From positions 1 to 64,000 of IMG/VR virus record IMGVR_UViG_3300037261_000044: a stretch of 64,000 bases of DNA; one strand, written 5' to 3'. The first letter of the stretch is position 1. Each line of letters opens with the position of its first letter. The position numbers and the translations under genes are program-made. The notes beneath the pieces were generated by a model. The model was given only the letters and a program-made list of their open reading frames with translations. It made no database searches and was not told the origin of the DNA. Origin of the DNA: a virus. Below are positions 54,382-63,899 of the stretch, in pieces.

Positions 54382-54770
54382 AATCTGAGGCTGCTAGGCG
54401 GGCCAACTTGAAGTGGCGTACCACTCATCCCGGAGCGCACGAGGCGTACAACCATCAATGGCGTAAGGATAGGAGACTGCGACTCATTGACATGCTTGGC
54501 GGAAAGTGTGTACGCTGTGGGTTCAAGGAGCACCCGATGGCTCTGGACTTTGACCACATCGACCCAGAGTCAAAGTTGTTCACCATCAGCAATCATCTCA
54601 ATCGCTCTTGGGAACGACTCGTTGCAGAAGTGAAGAAATGCCGGATTCTGTGTGCTAACTGCCACAGGATTCGGACACATGTGCACGGATTAGCGCGCTT
54701 CGCTGGCCGAAGCCGGAGTATTCGATATGAAGACCGACATCATCTGGGACATCGACGGTGTGCTCTCTGA
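54378..54770 (+). CDS. HNH endonuclease
   Basis: CVRCG...LDFDHIDP...CRILCANCH. Confidence 0.85.
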   Translation: MKSEAARRANLKWRTTHPGAHEAYNHQWRKDRRLRLIDMLGGKCVRCGFKEHPMALDFDHIDPESKLFTISNHLNRSWERLVAEVKKCRILCANCHRIRTHVHGLARFAGRSRSIRYEDRHHLGHRRCAL

Positions 54771-55377
54771 CTTCACGCTGGGGTTCAAGAAGTTCATCAA
54801 CGAGCGCCATCGCATCCCGGTCGCCCCGTGCGGCGCGAAGAAGTCGTGGGCCTTTCGCGGCCTCGCTCCTGCTGAGGAAGTGGATATGTGGCAGCAGGCT
54901 GCCAGCGGAAAGTACGACTGGTCGCAGCAGGGCAGTCTGCTCACCGCCGGGGACTGGCAGGGCATTCGCGACCTGAAGGAAGGTGGCGCGACGTATTGGT
55001 ACATCACCAGTCGGTTCGGCCCGCCGTCACAGGTCATCGCCCAGACCCAGCAATGGTTGTCCGACCAAGGGTTCCCGGATGTGGAGAACCTGTGTCTCAC
55101 GATGGACAAGGTAGACTCCATCAAGTTCCACCCGGCGCACATCGACCCCATCGCGCTCATTGACGACGACATTCGCAACATCGTCTCATACGACGCGGCG
55201 TTCGGTGCGGGCCGCGTGTTCATCCGGGACTGGCAATATAATCGCGGACATGCGGTGTTTGCGGACTACGGCCACTCCATCGAGTCGGTCACGGCGCTGT
55301 CGTGCAACCGGGTGTCTTCGGTTTCGGAGTTCTGCTACAAGGCGCTTGAGAACATCGACGGCATCGACAGGGGATAA
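54727..55377 (+). CDS. HAD-family 5'(3')-deoxyribonucleotidase
   Basis: DIDGVL.DF, YITSR, T..WL, K, LIDD, YN. Confidence 0.8.
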   Translation: MKTDIIWDIDGVLSDFTLGFKKFINERHRIPVAPCGAKKSWAFRGLAPAEEVDMWQQAASGKYDWSQQGSLLTAGDWQGIRDLKEGGATYWYITSRFGPPSQVIAQTQQWLSDQGFPDVENLCLTMDKVDSIKFHPAHIDPIALIDDDIRNIVSYDAAFGAGRVFIRDWQYNRGHAVFADYGHSIESVTALSCNRVSSVSEFCYKALENIDGIDRG

Positions 55378-55379
55378 CC

Positions 55380-55769
55380 ATGGGACTGTTCAAGAAGAAG
55401 ACTCCACCCGCCCCGAAGACCGGCTACGTGCTGGTCGATGGCTCACGCGCCCTGCGCTACCTCACCGGCAAGAACGCCGGGAAGATTGTGCCGCAGGCGC
55501 ACTACGAGCCGAAAGAGCAAGTGTGCGCCCGGTGCACACTCCCGAGCTACTCCGGCTTGCCGCCATTCATCACGGTGATGGGGTTCAATCCGAAGACCGG
55601 CGAGGCCATCGAGCAGTACGTGCACGAGCAGTGTCCGCGCGACCCGGCCAAACAGAAGGCTGCCATCGCTAAGTTTGCGGAGGTGAATGCCAAGTTCTAC
55701 GCGGAGTTCAAGAAGCTGACGCCGCCGCGCCACTCCCCGAGCGAGTTCATGCGGATGTTCTCGCGATGA
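55380..55769 (+). CDS. Hypothetical protein with Cys/His motif
   Basis: CARC...HEQC. Confidence 0.6.
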   Translation: MGLFKKKTPPAPKTGYVLVDGSRALRYLTGKNAGKIVPQAHYEPKEQVCARCTLPSYSGLPPFITVMGFNPKTGEAIEQYVHEQCPRDPAKQKAAIAKFAEVNAKFYAEFKKLTPPRHSPSEFMRMFSR

Positions 55770-55901
55770 GGATGCTCGTGTGGTTCGCGCTGGCGCTGGC
55801 CGGAGTCGGCTACTGGTGGCATGTGCAACGCCATGAGGTGAAGCGCGACTACTGGACGGAGCAGGACGGCACGGATACGGCGACGACCGTGGCACGGCTC
55901 T

Positions 55902-56433
55902 ATGAAAAGAAGCGCTAACCCCTGCCAGTGTGACAGGGTGCATCTCTGGTGTGACGGGCAACCGTTCACCGGGATGCCTCCGGCGCGCTGGGAGGGTCAC
56001 TGCACGGTGGTAGCTGACGACGACGAAGACCCGTTCTCTCCCGGCTGGCTGCTGGTCTATGAGTCCATCGGCGACAAGACCAGCAACGAGTGCGAGTATG
56101 CCGCAGTAATCTGGGCGTTAGAGTGGGCTGAGCGTCATACCCGCAACAACTACCATGTTATCACCGACAGCGAAGTGCTGGTCAAGCCACGTCGAGGGCG
56201 ACTATCGGTGCCAGCCTAAGCTGCGGCCTTATCGCGACCGGGTGGTGGAACTGATTGAGGACACTGGGGCGCGGCTGACGTGGCAGGGGCGTGACTTCAA
56301 CAAGGCCGGTTGGTACAATGCCGGGGTACTGCTAGAGCGGGCGCGCCAGAAGCGCCTGCGGGACAAAGAGAATGGCGTCGTCAAGGTGAAGAAGCCGGTG
56401 AAGAACTGGTACAAGGGAGGTAAGACATGCTGA
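55902..56433 (+). pseudogene. RNase HI-like gene split by a +1 frameshift near 56187
   Basis: First frame: WCDG, TSNECEY.A, TDS.VLVK; second frame continues HVEGDY...LRPY...LTW..R..NKA. Confidence 0.7.
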
Positions 56434-57557
56434 CATGGAACTTCGTACAGGGCGCGGCGTCAATCGTCGGCTTCCTTGTGTTCATTATCGCGGCGTCGGT
56501 GCTCGGCAGCGCCGGTATTGCCGCCATCATTCACTGGTTGGAGACTCGTCCAGCCAAGGACTGCGAGTGGGATAATTCGCCGTATTGCTGGACGCACGCC
56601 TGCGGCCCGTCTGACCAGTGCGACCTTGCGTCTTGTCCACACTGTGGCGACAACGTGAAGAGCGTGCGCCGCGTCATCACCGGCATCGCGCACTCTGAGC
56701 CGATACTCCCCGGCGAGACGCCTCTCGACGCTATGAAGCGCGTGAAGTGCATCAACGGCGACCACACTCTGGCGGATTGTGTGGAAGGTTGCCCCCCAGT
56801 GAAGGAAACTGTGTTCGACCAGTACCAGCAGCTTCTTCGGGATACGGAAATCCCGGATGACATCGTGTTCCGCGTGCGGTTCGTTAACCCTCAGACGATG
56901 GCCTATGAATCCGACGTGGAAGGTTTGCGGGAAGTGCAGGAGCATCTGTCGAACGGCGACATCATTCACTACATGCGCGGCGAGCGAACGCACACGCACC
57001 CGGCAACGCTCGAAGATGACCCGCAGTTTCGGTCTGAGGACGCCGCCGCCACGTACGAGCATTACGAGCGTGCGGTGAACATCATCCTTGCTGTAGACAT
57101 CATCATTCCTCACTGCGACAGCAGCGTGCTCCACGCTCCGGGTGAGTGTGTGTACTGCGACAAGCACCCGCAACTCCAACAGTGCCGGGAGGCGTACGGC
57201 ATCAACTTCACCGGGAAGTATGACCCGAACAAGTTCCTGTGTCCGTCTGAAGCGCGGCGTCCGCTCGACATCATCGAGCGGTGGAGCGGGAACCGGAAGT
57301 ATACGGAGTCGCCCATCGTTGAAGAGTTCCGCCGTGCACACGAGGCCGGTGAACTTCCTCCGTCGCTCTCCGGCGCGGATGTGGGCTGGGGATTCCCCGG
57401 AGATGTCGGTATGCAAGACCACGACCCCGAGGATGAGGGTGCTGACCCGGACTCGCCGCCGGAGAAGACCTGCACCATCCCGGAGTGCGACACGCCAACC
57501 GAGCGGCCCGGACAGCCTTGCGACCCATGTCACGATGAACTCGGCGCAGGGCATTAA
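56427..57557 (+). CDS. Mosaic hypothetical protein (TM + several Cys clusters)
   Basis: GGAGGT SD; N-terminal TM segment; CxxC/CxxH motifs. Confidence 0.65.
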   Translation: MLTWNFVQGAASIVGFLVFIIAASVLGSAGIAAIIHWLETRPAKDCEWDNSPYCWTHACGPSDQCDLASCPHCGDNVKSVRRVITGIAHSEPILPGETPLDAMKRVKCINGDHTLADCVEGCPPVKETVFDQYQQLLRDTEIPDDIVFRVRFVNPQTMAYESDVEGLREVQEHLSNGDIIHYMRGERTHTHPATLEDDPQFRSEDAAATYEHYERAVNIILAVDIIIPHCDSSVLHAPGECVYCDKHPQLQQCREAYGINFTGKYDPNKFLCPSEARRPLDIIERWSGNRKYTESPIVEEFRRAHEAGELPPSLSGADVGWGFPGDVGMQDHDPEDEGADPDSPPEKTCTIPECDTPTERPGQPCDPCHDELGAGH

Positions 57558-57575
57558 GAAAGCGGTATACTGAAT

Positions 57576-58292
57576 ATGATGAAACCCACTGACAAACTCA
57601 GGTTCATTCGCCCCTTCGCCAGCGCCGAGTCGGTCTTCAACAAACCGACCGGCGTGCTGGATTTCCTCGATACTCTCATGGAGTTCGGCGCGGGCGTCTC
57701 CTTCGGTACATGGTACGCCGAAATCAACCTCACCATCTTCTCGGTGAATCTCCGGTTGTGCCTGAACAACCCGCTGTCACTCGGCGTGAACTTCGGCGTA
57801 GCGGGTAGCTGGGTGTATCTCGGCTTCGGTTTGGAGCAGGACGACGACGCGGCGCGCCTGTTCAAAGAGGCTGAGGCCAAACGCGCCCGGTTCGTGACGG
57901 CGGTGCAGATGTGCAAGCCGGGGCAGACCGTTGACGCCGCCGACTTCGAGCGTGAAGAGGCTAGGGCTGAACGCAAGAAGAAAGTCATCCGGGAGTTCCA
58001 ACGCACATTCTGGAACCGGAACCGTGGTGACAGCGACGACATTCCGCTTGGTAACGAAACGTGGCTCGTCTTCAAACCGGAGGGTGTCTTCGTTGAGGTT
58101 CGCCCGGTAGAGGATGAGGGCGCATCCTACAGTGAAATCTTTCGTGGCCTGAGCGAAGAAGCATTGGCAGCCGGTACCGCAGCCGCCACCAAGCTGACGG
58201 CTGTAGTTGGTGTATCGCATGCAGGTGAGCGTGATGCGGAAGGTCGCATCATCGTCACCGAGCGCCAACCCGGCGAGTTCCCGGAAGTGTAA
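57576..58292 (+). CDS. Hypothetical protein (leaderless)
   Basis: TATACT at 57566-57571 just before ATGATG. Confidence 0.6.
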   Translation: MMKPTDKLRFIRPFASAESVFNKPTGVLDFLDTLMEFGAGVSFGTWYAEINLTIFSVNLRLCLNNPLSLGVNFGVAGSWVYLGFGLEQDDDAARLFKEAEAKRARFVTAVQMCKPGQTVDAADFEREEARAERKKKVIREFQRTFWNRNRGDSDDIPLGNETWLVFKPEGVFVEVRPVEDEGASYSEIFRGLSEEALAAGTAAATKLTAVVGVSHAGERDAEGRIIVTERQPGEFPEV

Positions 58293-58765
58293 TGGAACCC
58301 AAGGCTGTACTCGGCAAGTTTGAGTTCCTTGAGCGCACGGTTGATACCGTGCTCAACACTATCATCTGGGAGTTCCTAGCTGATGGTGGTGACATGAGCG
58401 AAGAGTTCCTGTTTCAGGTGCCCTTCGACCTGCGAAACCCGGCGCGCCACCTGCGCGACAATTTCCTGCTGCGGCATCGTTCCACGACGGAGCACGTCAG
58501 GGAGCAGTTCGCGGTCGTACGGTCGGCTGCGGCGCGTGAGGTCGGCGTGCACGACATGAGCATGGCGCGCAGCATCGGGGCCGGGAAGGAATTGCGGGAG
58601 GCATTCACTGCCGCCTGCGCCTTGCACCCGGCATACAGCGCGATGCTGCTGGTGCTGTTCGATGAGGGCGACATAGACCGGCTGGTGTGGCAGTCACTCA
58701 GGCCGAGGGACTACTTCTACCCGGTGATGTCGGTGGCGTTACCAGATGAAACTGACGAAGGCTAG
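58292..58765 (+). CDS. Hypothetical protein
   Basis: TAATG coupling. Confidence 0.6.
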   Translation: MEPKAVLGKFEFLERTVDTVLNTIIWEFLADGGDMSEEFLFQVPFDLRNPARHLRDNFLLRHRSTTEHVREQFAVVRSAAAREVGVHDMSMARSIGAGKELREAFTAACALHPAYSAMLLVLFDEGDIDRLVWQSLRPRDYFYPVMSVALPDETDEG

Positions 58766-59040
58766 GCGGCGGGATGCCAAGCGCATCAAGGGTCAGCAGA
58801 TGCGCGTCGATGGCAGGGGGCTGGTGACAGACCTGCCGAATGAGAAGAAGCGGAAGATACGAAGGAGACGTAACGACCGAGGGTAAGCCGTGAGTAGGAA
58901 GCAGCCGGTACACACAGATAATCGCCTTTTCAACGGTACGTGGTCGTTTCTCCACCTCATCGCCGCCGCCCAGTGCGCGATGATTTTCATGCATCTGGGG
59001 AGTTCGCGCTACCACTGGATGCGCGCCACAACGAAGGCTG

Positions 59041-59286
59041 ATGACGATGCCTGACCTCATCCCCGATAAGTCCTCCAACCAGTTCGTGGTCGTCGCTCCG
59101 CTCGGGTACAAGGTGACAGCGGTATGCGGCGTCGGCCATCCCGTGGCCTTTGCGCATCAGGACACTGACGCGAAGTACGTGCCGTTCTCAGTCAACGGCC
59201 AGATAGTCTGTTGCCAATGCCTCGCGCCGATTGTGGGGCTGGCCTGTAACCGTCCTCACCGGACATTCGAGGTCGAAGATGCCTGA
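59041..59286 (+). CDS. Cys-rich hypothetical protein
   Basis: C..GH...CCQC...C..PH. Confidence 0.5.
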   Translation: MTMPDLIPDKSSNQFVVVAPLGYKVTAVCGVGHPVAFAHQDTDAKYVPFSVNGQIVCCQCLAPIVGLACNRPHRTFEVEDA

Positions 59287-59522
59287 GCAGTCGCCCACCC
59301 AAACGCCGACACGCACCGAGCCACTGGTTGACCCGGACAAGCACTACTTCCCTGAGCGCCTGTGTCCCGCACAGCGCGGGGATGGAGAGAAATGGTCACG
59401 TCCGTAGCACGTAAGGTGTTGGTTGGTGCCATCTACAAGGTGAAGCAGTTCGGTGGCGGGAAGCGCTCGCACAAGTTGCTCACCAGTAAGCTAGTGCGTC
59501 AGCGCCTCAAGAGGTTAGACCG

Positions 59523-60194
59523 ATGAGACAGACAGTCACCGTCCCGCAGGCCGTCATTGACGAGCACAGCCTTGTCGCGCAGGTGTACGCCGGGTACCTC
59601 GTTGGTCACCCCGTACGCGCCGCGCGCTATACCGTGCCTATCGCTACGCCGGGTGCCGTGGACATCGACTGGAAGTCGCCGTGGAAGGAACCAAACCCGG
59701 TGCAAGATGACTGCGCCTTCTGCCTGCGCCTGACCGACGATGAGGCTGTGCGCCGCGTCGCCGGGTTTCAGGCTGCCATCGACAAGGAAGTGCTCGGCAC
59801 CAAGTACAAGCACCTGTCCGAGTGGGCGACAGAACGCGGCCTCGACAGCACCGACCATGCCGTGCGCCGCCAGTTCATCGCGGAGAACCAGTACGTCCCC
59901 CGGCCTGAGCATATCAGCGACTACGGTACCCCGCGCCCTGCCGCCCCCAATGGGTGGAAGACCAAGGCCGCGCCTATTGTAGACCTGCCGCTGCGCCTCA
60001 AGCGTAAGCTGTGCATCGACTGGAACCACGTGTACATGCGCTGGCTCGCGTCGATGGACAATCTGCACTATGACTTCGAGACCCGCGAGTTCTACCGAGA
60101 CCTCGATGTGAGTCAGGAGTTCTACGACGAGTTCGTGAACGGGGCCGACGACTCCGGTGCCTTCTGCTGGCCGGGGAGCATCGGCCATGTCTAG
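59523..60194 (+). CDS. Hypothetical protein
   Basis: GAGGT SD; 223 aa with typical codon usage. Confidence 0.65.
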   Translation: MRQTVTVPQAVIDEHSLVAQVYAGYLVGHPVRAARYTVPIATPGAVDIDWKSPWKEPNPVQDDCAFCLRLTDDEAVRRVAGFQAAIDKEVLGTKYKHLSEWATERGLDSTDHAVRRQFIAENQYVPRPEHISDYGTPRPAAPNGWKTKAAPIVDLPLRLKRKLCIDWNHVYMRWLASMDNLHYDFETREFYRDLDVSQEFYDEFVNGADDSGAFCWPGSIGHV

Positions 60195-60585
60195 CCGCAT
60201 TCCGCTCAGCCACGTGCAGGCGCTCGGCTTGCGCGAAGCCATCCGCCCGCTCGGCATGCCGCCCGGTAGCCCTATTGAGGCCGGTCTGCTCATCGCCTTG
60301 CACGAGAAGATTCTGATGGTGCTGGTCGATTTCGATACCTCGAATGCCACCGTCCTTGAACTGGAACTGACGCGGGAGGATGTGCTGCTGATAAACCAGT
60401 TCCTCTCGCAGCAGGACGGCGACTGGGCGGCAGCAATCCTGCGGATGGCGCGACGCGCTCTGCACGAACTGCGAACTGGTATACTGCCAGCGTGGGCCGA
60501 AGACAACGAGGCCATATCGAAGATGATGGAGAGGACTCAGGCAGATGGCACTCAAGATGCCGGGGCCGGTACTACTGGGTCTTAG
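60187..60585 (+). CDS. Hypothetical protein
   Basis: GGAG SD before ATG 60187. Confidence 0.6.
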   Translation: MSSRIPLSHVQALGLREAIRPLGMPPGSPIEAGLLIALHEKILMVLVDFDTSNATVLELELTREDVLLINQFLSQQDGDWAAAILRMARRALHELRTGILPAWAEDNEAISKMMERTQADGTQDAGAGTTGS

Positions 60586-60772
60586 TGATACGGTCACGAA
60601 GCGGTGTGGCAGGGGTCACCCGATGCAATTCGTTCGTGACTTTGGGGCTGGCGGGCAGGTGGTCTGCACGCCTCTTCTAGCGGATGGGGTTCCGCTGTGC
60701 TCAATCTGTCTAACCGATGAGCAGATGCTTGAGATGACTCATCTCGGCGTCGTCATCGAACTCGAAAACTAA
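60545..60772 (+). CDS. Small Cys-containing protein
   Basis: CGRGH ... CSIC. Confidence 0.45.
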   Translation: MALKMPGPVLLGLSDTVTKRCGRGHPMQFVRDFGAGGQVVCTPLLADGVPLCSICLTDEQMLEMTHLGVVIELEN

Positions 60773-60788
60773 GGGAAGGAGGTAAGCA

Positions 60789-61052
60789 ATGAGCAAGGTA
60801 GTCGATAAGGTCGTAGCGTTCGTATCGAGTCCCGTCGTTCACCGCGTGGCTGCGGCTCTCGCCGTAGCGTTCGTCGGAGTTCAGGGATTCGTCGCGGTTC
60901 ACGGCGTGGACTTTGGCCTCGATGCGAACACCGTGCAGACGGTCTCCGCAGTTCTCGGTGGTCTCGTCGTTGTCGCGCACGAGTTCGTCAGTCCGGTCAT
61001 CGTGCCGTTCATCACGGCGCTGTTCAAGCCGACGCCGCCCGTAGCGAAGTAA
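60789..61052 (+). CDS. Small two-TM protein (holin-like)
   Basis: Perfect AAGGAGGT SD; two hydrophobic helices. Confidence 0.55.
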   Translation: MSKVVDKVVAFVSSPVVHRVAAALAVAFVGVQGFVAVHGVDFGLDANTVQTVSAVLGGLVVVAHEFVSPVIVPFITALFKPTPPVAK

Positions 61053-61070
61053 CACCTTCGGTGCGACGAC

Positions 61071-61143
61071 AAGAGACCCCGGCAATCACCGGGGTCTCTC
61101 TGCGTCTAAGAAATGTTGAAAATATGGGGTTGTTTTTCAACGT
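61071..61143. terminator. Hairpin plus adjacent palindrome at a convergent junction
   Basis: AGAGACCCCGG/CCGGGGTCTCT stem, then GTTGAAAA/TTTTCAAC. Confidence 0.6.
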
Positions 61144-61218
61144 CTACGGGTTGTTGCGCTTGCGGAGGTCACCTAGCCCGAACAAGAGTGTCACCAAGCG
61201 GCGAGCGACCTGTGGTCA

Positions 61219-61467
61219 TCAGCGCTTGCTCCCAGATTGCGGTAGTATATCAGAGTCGCTGTTCGGTCGCTCCCGCGTGTCGTCGAGCGGTATGAGTGTA
61301 TACCCGTCACCGAGCAGGAGCGCGCCGGTCTGCATGGTGGGACGGTTGCGCACGGCGCTGTCGAAGAAGGCGAACGTGTCCACGCTCTCCATCACGCGCT
61401 CGAAGTTGTCCCTCGGTTCACTGAAGCCACCGCCGGACAGCGCCTTCAGGTCGTACAGGCTTCTCAT
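61219..61467 (-). CDS. Hypothetical protein
   Basis: GGAGGT SD; ATGA coupling. Confidence 0.55.
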   Translation of the reverse strand: MRSLYDLKALSGGGFSEPRDNFERVMESVDTFAFFDSAVRNRPTMQTGALLLGDGYTLIPLDDTRERPNSDSDILPQSGSKR

Positions 61468-61673
61468 GTTACCTCCACCGGTCGCCCGCAGTTCAGGCAG
61501 GTCGCCGTCGCTCTCTGGGATATGTCGCGGGCCAGTTCGACAAAGCCACCGCATCGCCCGCAACTGATGCCGCGCTTCCTGATGGCCGCAAGGTCGTCAC
61601 GTTCGTCCCTTGCGAACTCGTAGCCACTGCTGGGGTCACGGGCAACGCCGCGTGTTGGGTAGCTAGTAGCCAT
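61464..61673 (-). CDS. Zinc-ribbon small protein
   Basis: CGRCGG ... CLNCG. Confidence 0.6.
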   Translation of the reverse strand: MATSYPTRGVARDPSSGYEFARDERDDLAAIRKRGISCGRCGGFVELARDISQRATATCLNCGRPVEVT

Positions 61674-61887
61674 GCTGGCCCCAGACCTTTCCATCCTTGC
61701 CGACGCGCACGCCATTGGCCGTAATACGCGACAGGTCAGGCTTCGGCTCTAGCCGCTCCCGGCGCTCGCGCGACAGCCTCGCCTTGCGCAGTTCTTCTGC
61801 GACCTCGTTGGTGGCGTCGCAGCAGGCCCAGACACCGATGCTGCCAATGATGGAGAAGACGGCGATGATGATGATTGCTACTTCCAT
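61663..61887 (-). CDS. Small membrane-anchored protein
   Basis: MEVAIIIIAVFSIIGSIGVW; TGATG coupling. Confidence 0.55.
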   Translation of the reverse strand: MEVAIIIIAVFSIIGSIGVWACCDATNEVAEELRKARLSRERRERLEPKPDLSRITANGVRVGKDGKVWGQHGY

Positions 61888-62081
61888 CAGGCTGCCACCA
61901 AGTCGAGGATGTGCTTCGGTGAGCAGAAGTACACTTCGGTCTCGCCGTTGACACACAGGCGGTGCACGCCCCGGCGCAGGGGCAGGAGCACCAGCGAGTA
62001 GATGCCGTCTTCTGCATCCAACTCGAAGAAGAACGCCTTGCCCAGCGCGTCGATGAACTTGATGCCCTTGAGTGAAATCAT
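61887..62081 (-). CDS. Hypothetical protein
   Basis: GGAGG SD; ATGA coupling. Confidence 0.5.
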   Translation of the reverse strand: MISLKGIKFIDALGKAFFFELDAEDGIYSLVLLPLRRGVHRLCVNGETEVYFCSPKHILDLVAA

Positions 62082-62365
62082 TTCTTTCCCTCCGATGGAA
62101 TGAGCAGGGCGTGGTGCGCTGCGTACAGCGCCCAGCGCCGGGTGAATACCGCCTCGCACTCGTCCGAGCAGAAGCGGTTGCGGCCTGCGGGATTGTCTTT
62201 CTTGCCGGTGACGTTCTCGCCGTCCTTGGTGCAGGTGTTGCACAGGTCGAGCGCGACATCGTGCGGGACACTGGCGAAGACCTTGCCGACTGCGGCGAAG
62301 TGCTTAATCAGTTCCGACTCGCTGGCGTCTGCCCTTGGCAGCTTCAGTAGCTTGCGCTCTTTCAT
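62078..62365 (-). CDS. Hypothetical protein with CxxC...FCSxxC motif
   Basis: CNTC...RFCSDEC. Confidence 0.55.
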   Translation of the reverse strand: MKERKLLKLPRADASESELIKHFAAVGKVFASVPHDVALDLCNTCTKDGENVTGKKDNPAGRNRFCSDECEAVFTRRWALYAAHHALLIPSEGKK

Positions 62366-63207
62366 TCGGCCTTTCCTTTCAGCGCCTCTTGCAGCGCCTC
62401 GTTGGTCGCCATCTTCAGGGCGATGTCGTTGAGCCATTCGTCGGCCTCGATGAGGTCTTGGTTCTTGTACATCCACCGGGCCAGTTCTACGAGAATGTCG
62501 AATGCGTCTTCCTTGTCCTCCTGTCGCTTGTACCGTGCATCGGCAGCGGCGTTCTCGGCGCGGTACTTGGCCTCCCAGTCGTCCTTGCGTTTCTTGCGGG
62601 CCTCGGGCGTGTGGATGCTACACAGGAATCCCCATACGAGATTCTTGCCGTTGAGTTCGTGGCGGTCGTACTGGTATTCGGCTTTCGCTCCCTTGTTGCA
62701 GTAGCCGAAGTCGGTGCTGATGCCAGCGGAGCGCCCCACCACGAAGTCGCAGAAGTGCTTGTCCGGCTCACGATAGCCGCAGGAGCTACACGCGCCGTAC
62801 GTCGGATGATGTTCGGCGCATCGCTCGAAGCGATTCCACTCCACCTTCGGGCAGTTCTTGCAACGCGGACGTACCGGATTGATGATGTGCTTCGTCAACT
62901 CTCCGGTGCGCTCGCTGAGCACCGGGCAGTCGCCCTTGCGCAGCGGCGGCAGCACCCATTCGACAAGACCATCCCGGTCTGCGACTTTCTGGCACAGCTT
63001 GCAAACCTTGGCCCACGCCTCATTCCGAGGGTCGTGCTCTACCTTGCGGTTGCACTTGTAGCCCGCCGGAGCACCGCACAGCGACTCGCGCTTCCCGTCG
63101 TGGTACAGCAGATGCCCGGTCGCTGTGAAGGGCAGGTTGTATGCCGGGACGTTGCCGTACCCGGAGACGCCGTAGTGCTTCGGGTCGATGGTGCGCTTCT
63201 CGGTCAT
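62362..63207 (-). CDS. Cys-rich hypothetical protein
   Basis: Multiple CxxC/CxxH motifs; ATGA coupling at both ends. Confidence 0.65.
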   Translation of the reverse strand: MTEKRTIDPKHYGVSGYGNVPAYNLPFTATGHLLYHDGKRESLCGAPAGYKCNRKVEHDPRNEAWAKVCKLCQKVADRDGLVEWVLPPLRKGDCPVLSERTGELTKHIINPVRPRCKNCPKVEWNRFERCAEHHPTYGACSSCGYREPDKHFCDFVVGRSAGISTDFGYCNKGAKAEYQYDRHELNGKNLVWGFLCSIHTPEARKKRKDDWEAKYRAENAAADARYKRQEDKEDAFDILVELARWMYKNQDLIEADEWLNDIALKMATNEALQEALKGKAE

Positions 63208-63899
63208 GCGTGGCACGAACAGTGGCACGGCGACCAGTCGTCGTCGCAGCATGTCCCTGTACCGCCGCAGGACATCGGCACAGCAGGCGGCTCGTCCTCG
63301 TATCCGGCAGCGTCGTCGTGCGCCCCCTTGCAGTTCCGCAGGTCGCCGTGCTGCGGGCAGATGCCCAGCTTGAGAAGCGACTCAGCGAACTTGGTGAGGT
63401 CGGCGATAATAGTCTGGTCGTCGTCAGTCAGGTACACGTGGTCGCGGTCGATGTAGTCTCCCGGTGTGTGAACAAACGGCGTCCGATTTATCACGACGTG
63501 CGTGTGATTGCCGGTCTTGCCACAGTCCTCACAGCGCCGGGAGTCGGCTTGCCAGACGGTGCGCACGTCGCGCTGGCGCTGAAGTTCCCGGCGGTTCAGC
63601 CGAATCTTCACCGATTCCTTTGGATGCGTGCCGAACGGGTCGATGTGGCCGGGGCCGTTGAACTCCTGACCTTCCGGTGGCAGGATGCGGATGGTGGTCT
63701 CACCCGGCGGGAGCACGTAGTCGCCGCCCTTCGACTCGTCCGGTCGCACGGGAGTCAGAACGGGGCACGGGCAGTCGGTGCAATCGCTCTGAACGTGGCA
63801 GTTCTCACAGGGGCCGCGCGACACGCGCCCGAGGTCGAACTTCATCTGGCACCACCCATTGACGGGCGGCTTGTGGCATGGTTGGCAGGTAAATCCCAT
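63204..63899 (-). CDS. Cys-rich mosaic hypothetical protein
   Basis: Several Cys clusters; coupled to neighbours. Confidence 0.6.
   Translation of the reverse strand: MGFTCQPCHKPPVNGWCQMKFDLGRVSRGPCENCHVQSDCTDCPCPVLTPVRPDESKGGDYVLPPGETTIRILPPEGQEFNGPGHIDPFGTHPKESVKIRLNRRELQRQRDVRTVWQADSRRCEDCGKTGNHTHVVINRTPFVHTPGDYIDRDHVYLTDDDQTIIADLTKFAESLLKLGICPQHGDLRNCKGAHDDAAGYEDEPPAVPMSCGGTGTCCDDDWSPCHCSCHA

Noticed and set aside
54378-54770. HNH as part of a group I intron in polA
   Set aside because: It follows the polA stop by ATGA overlap and polA is complete through motif C, so it is free-standing.
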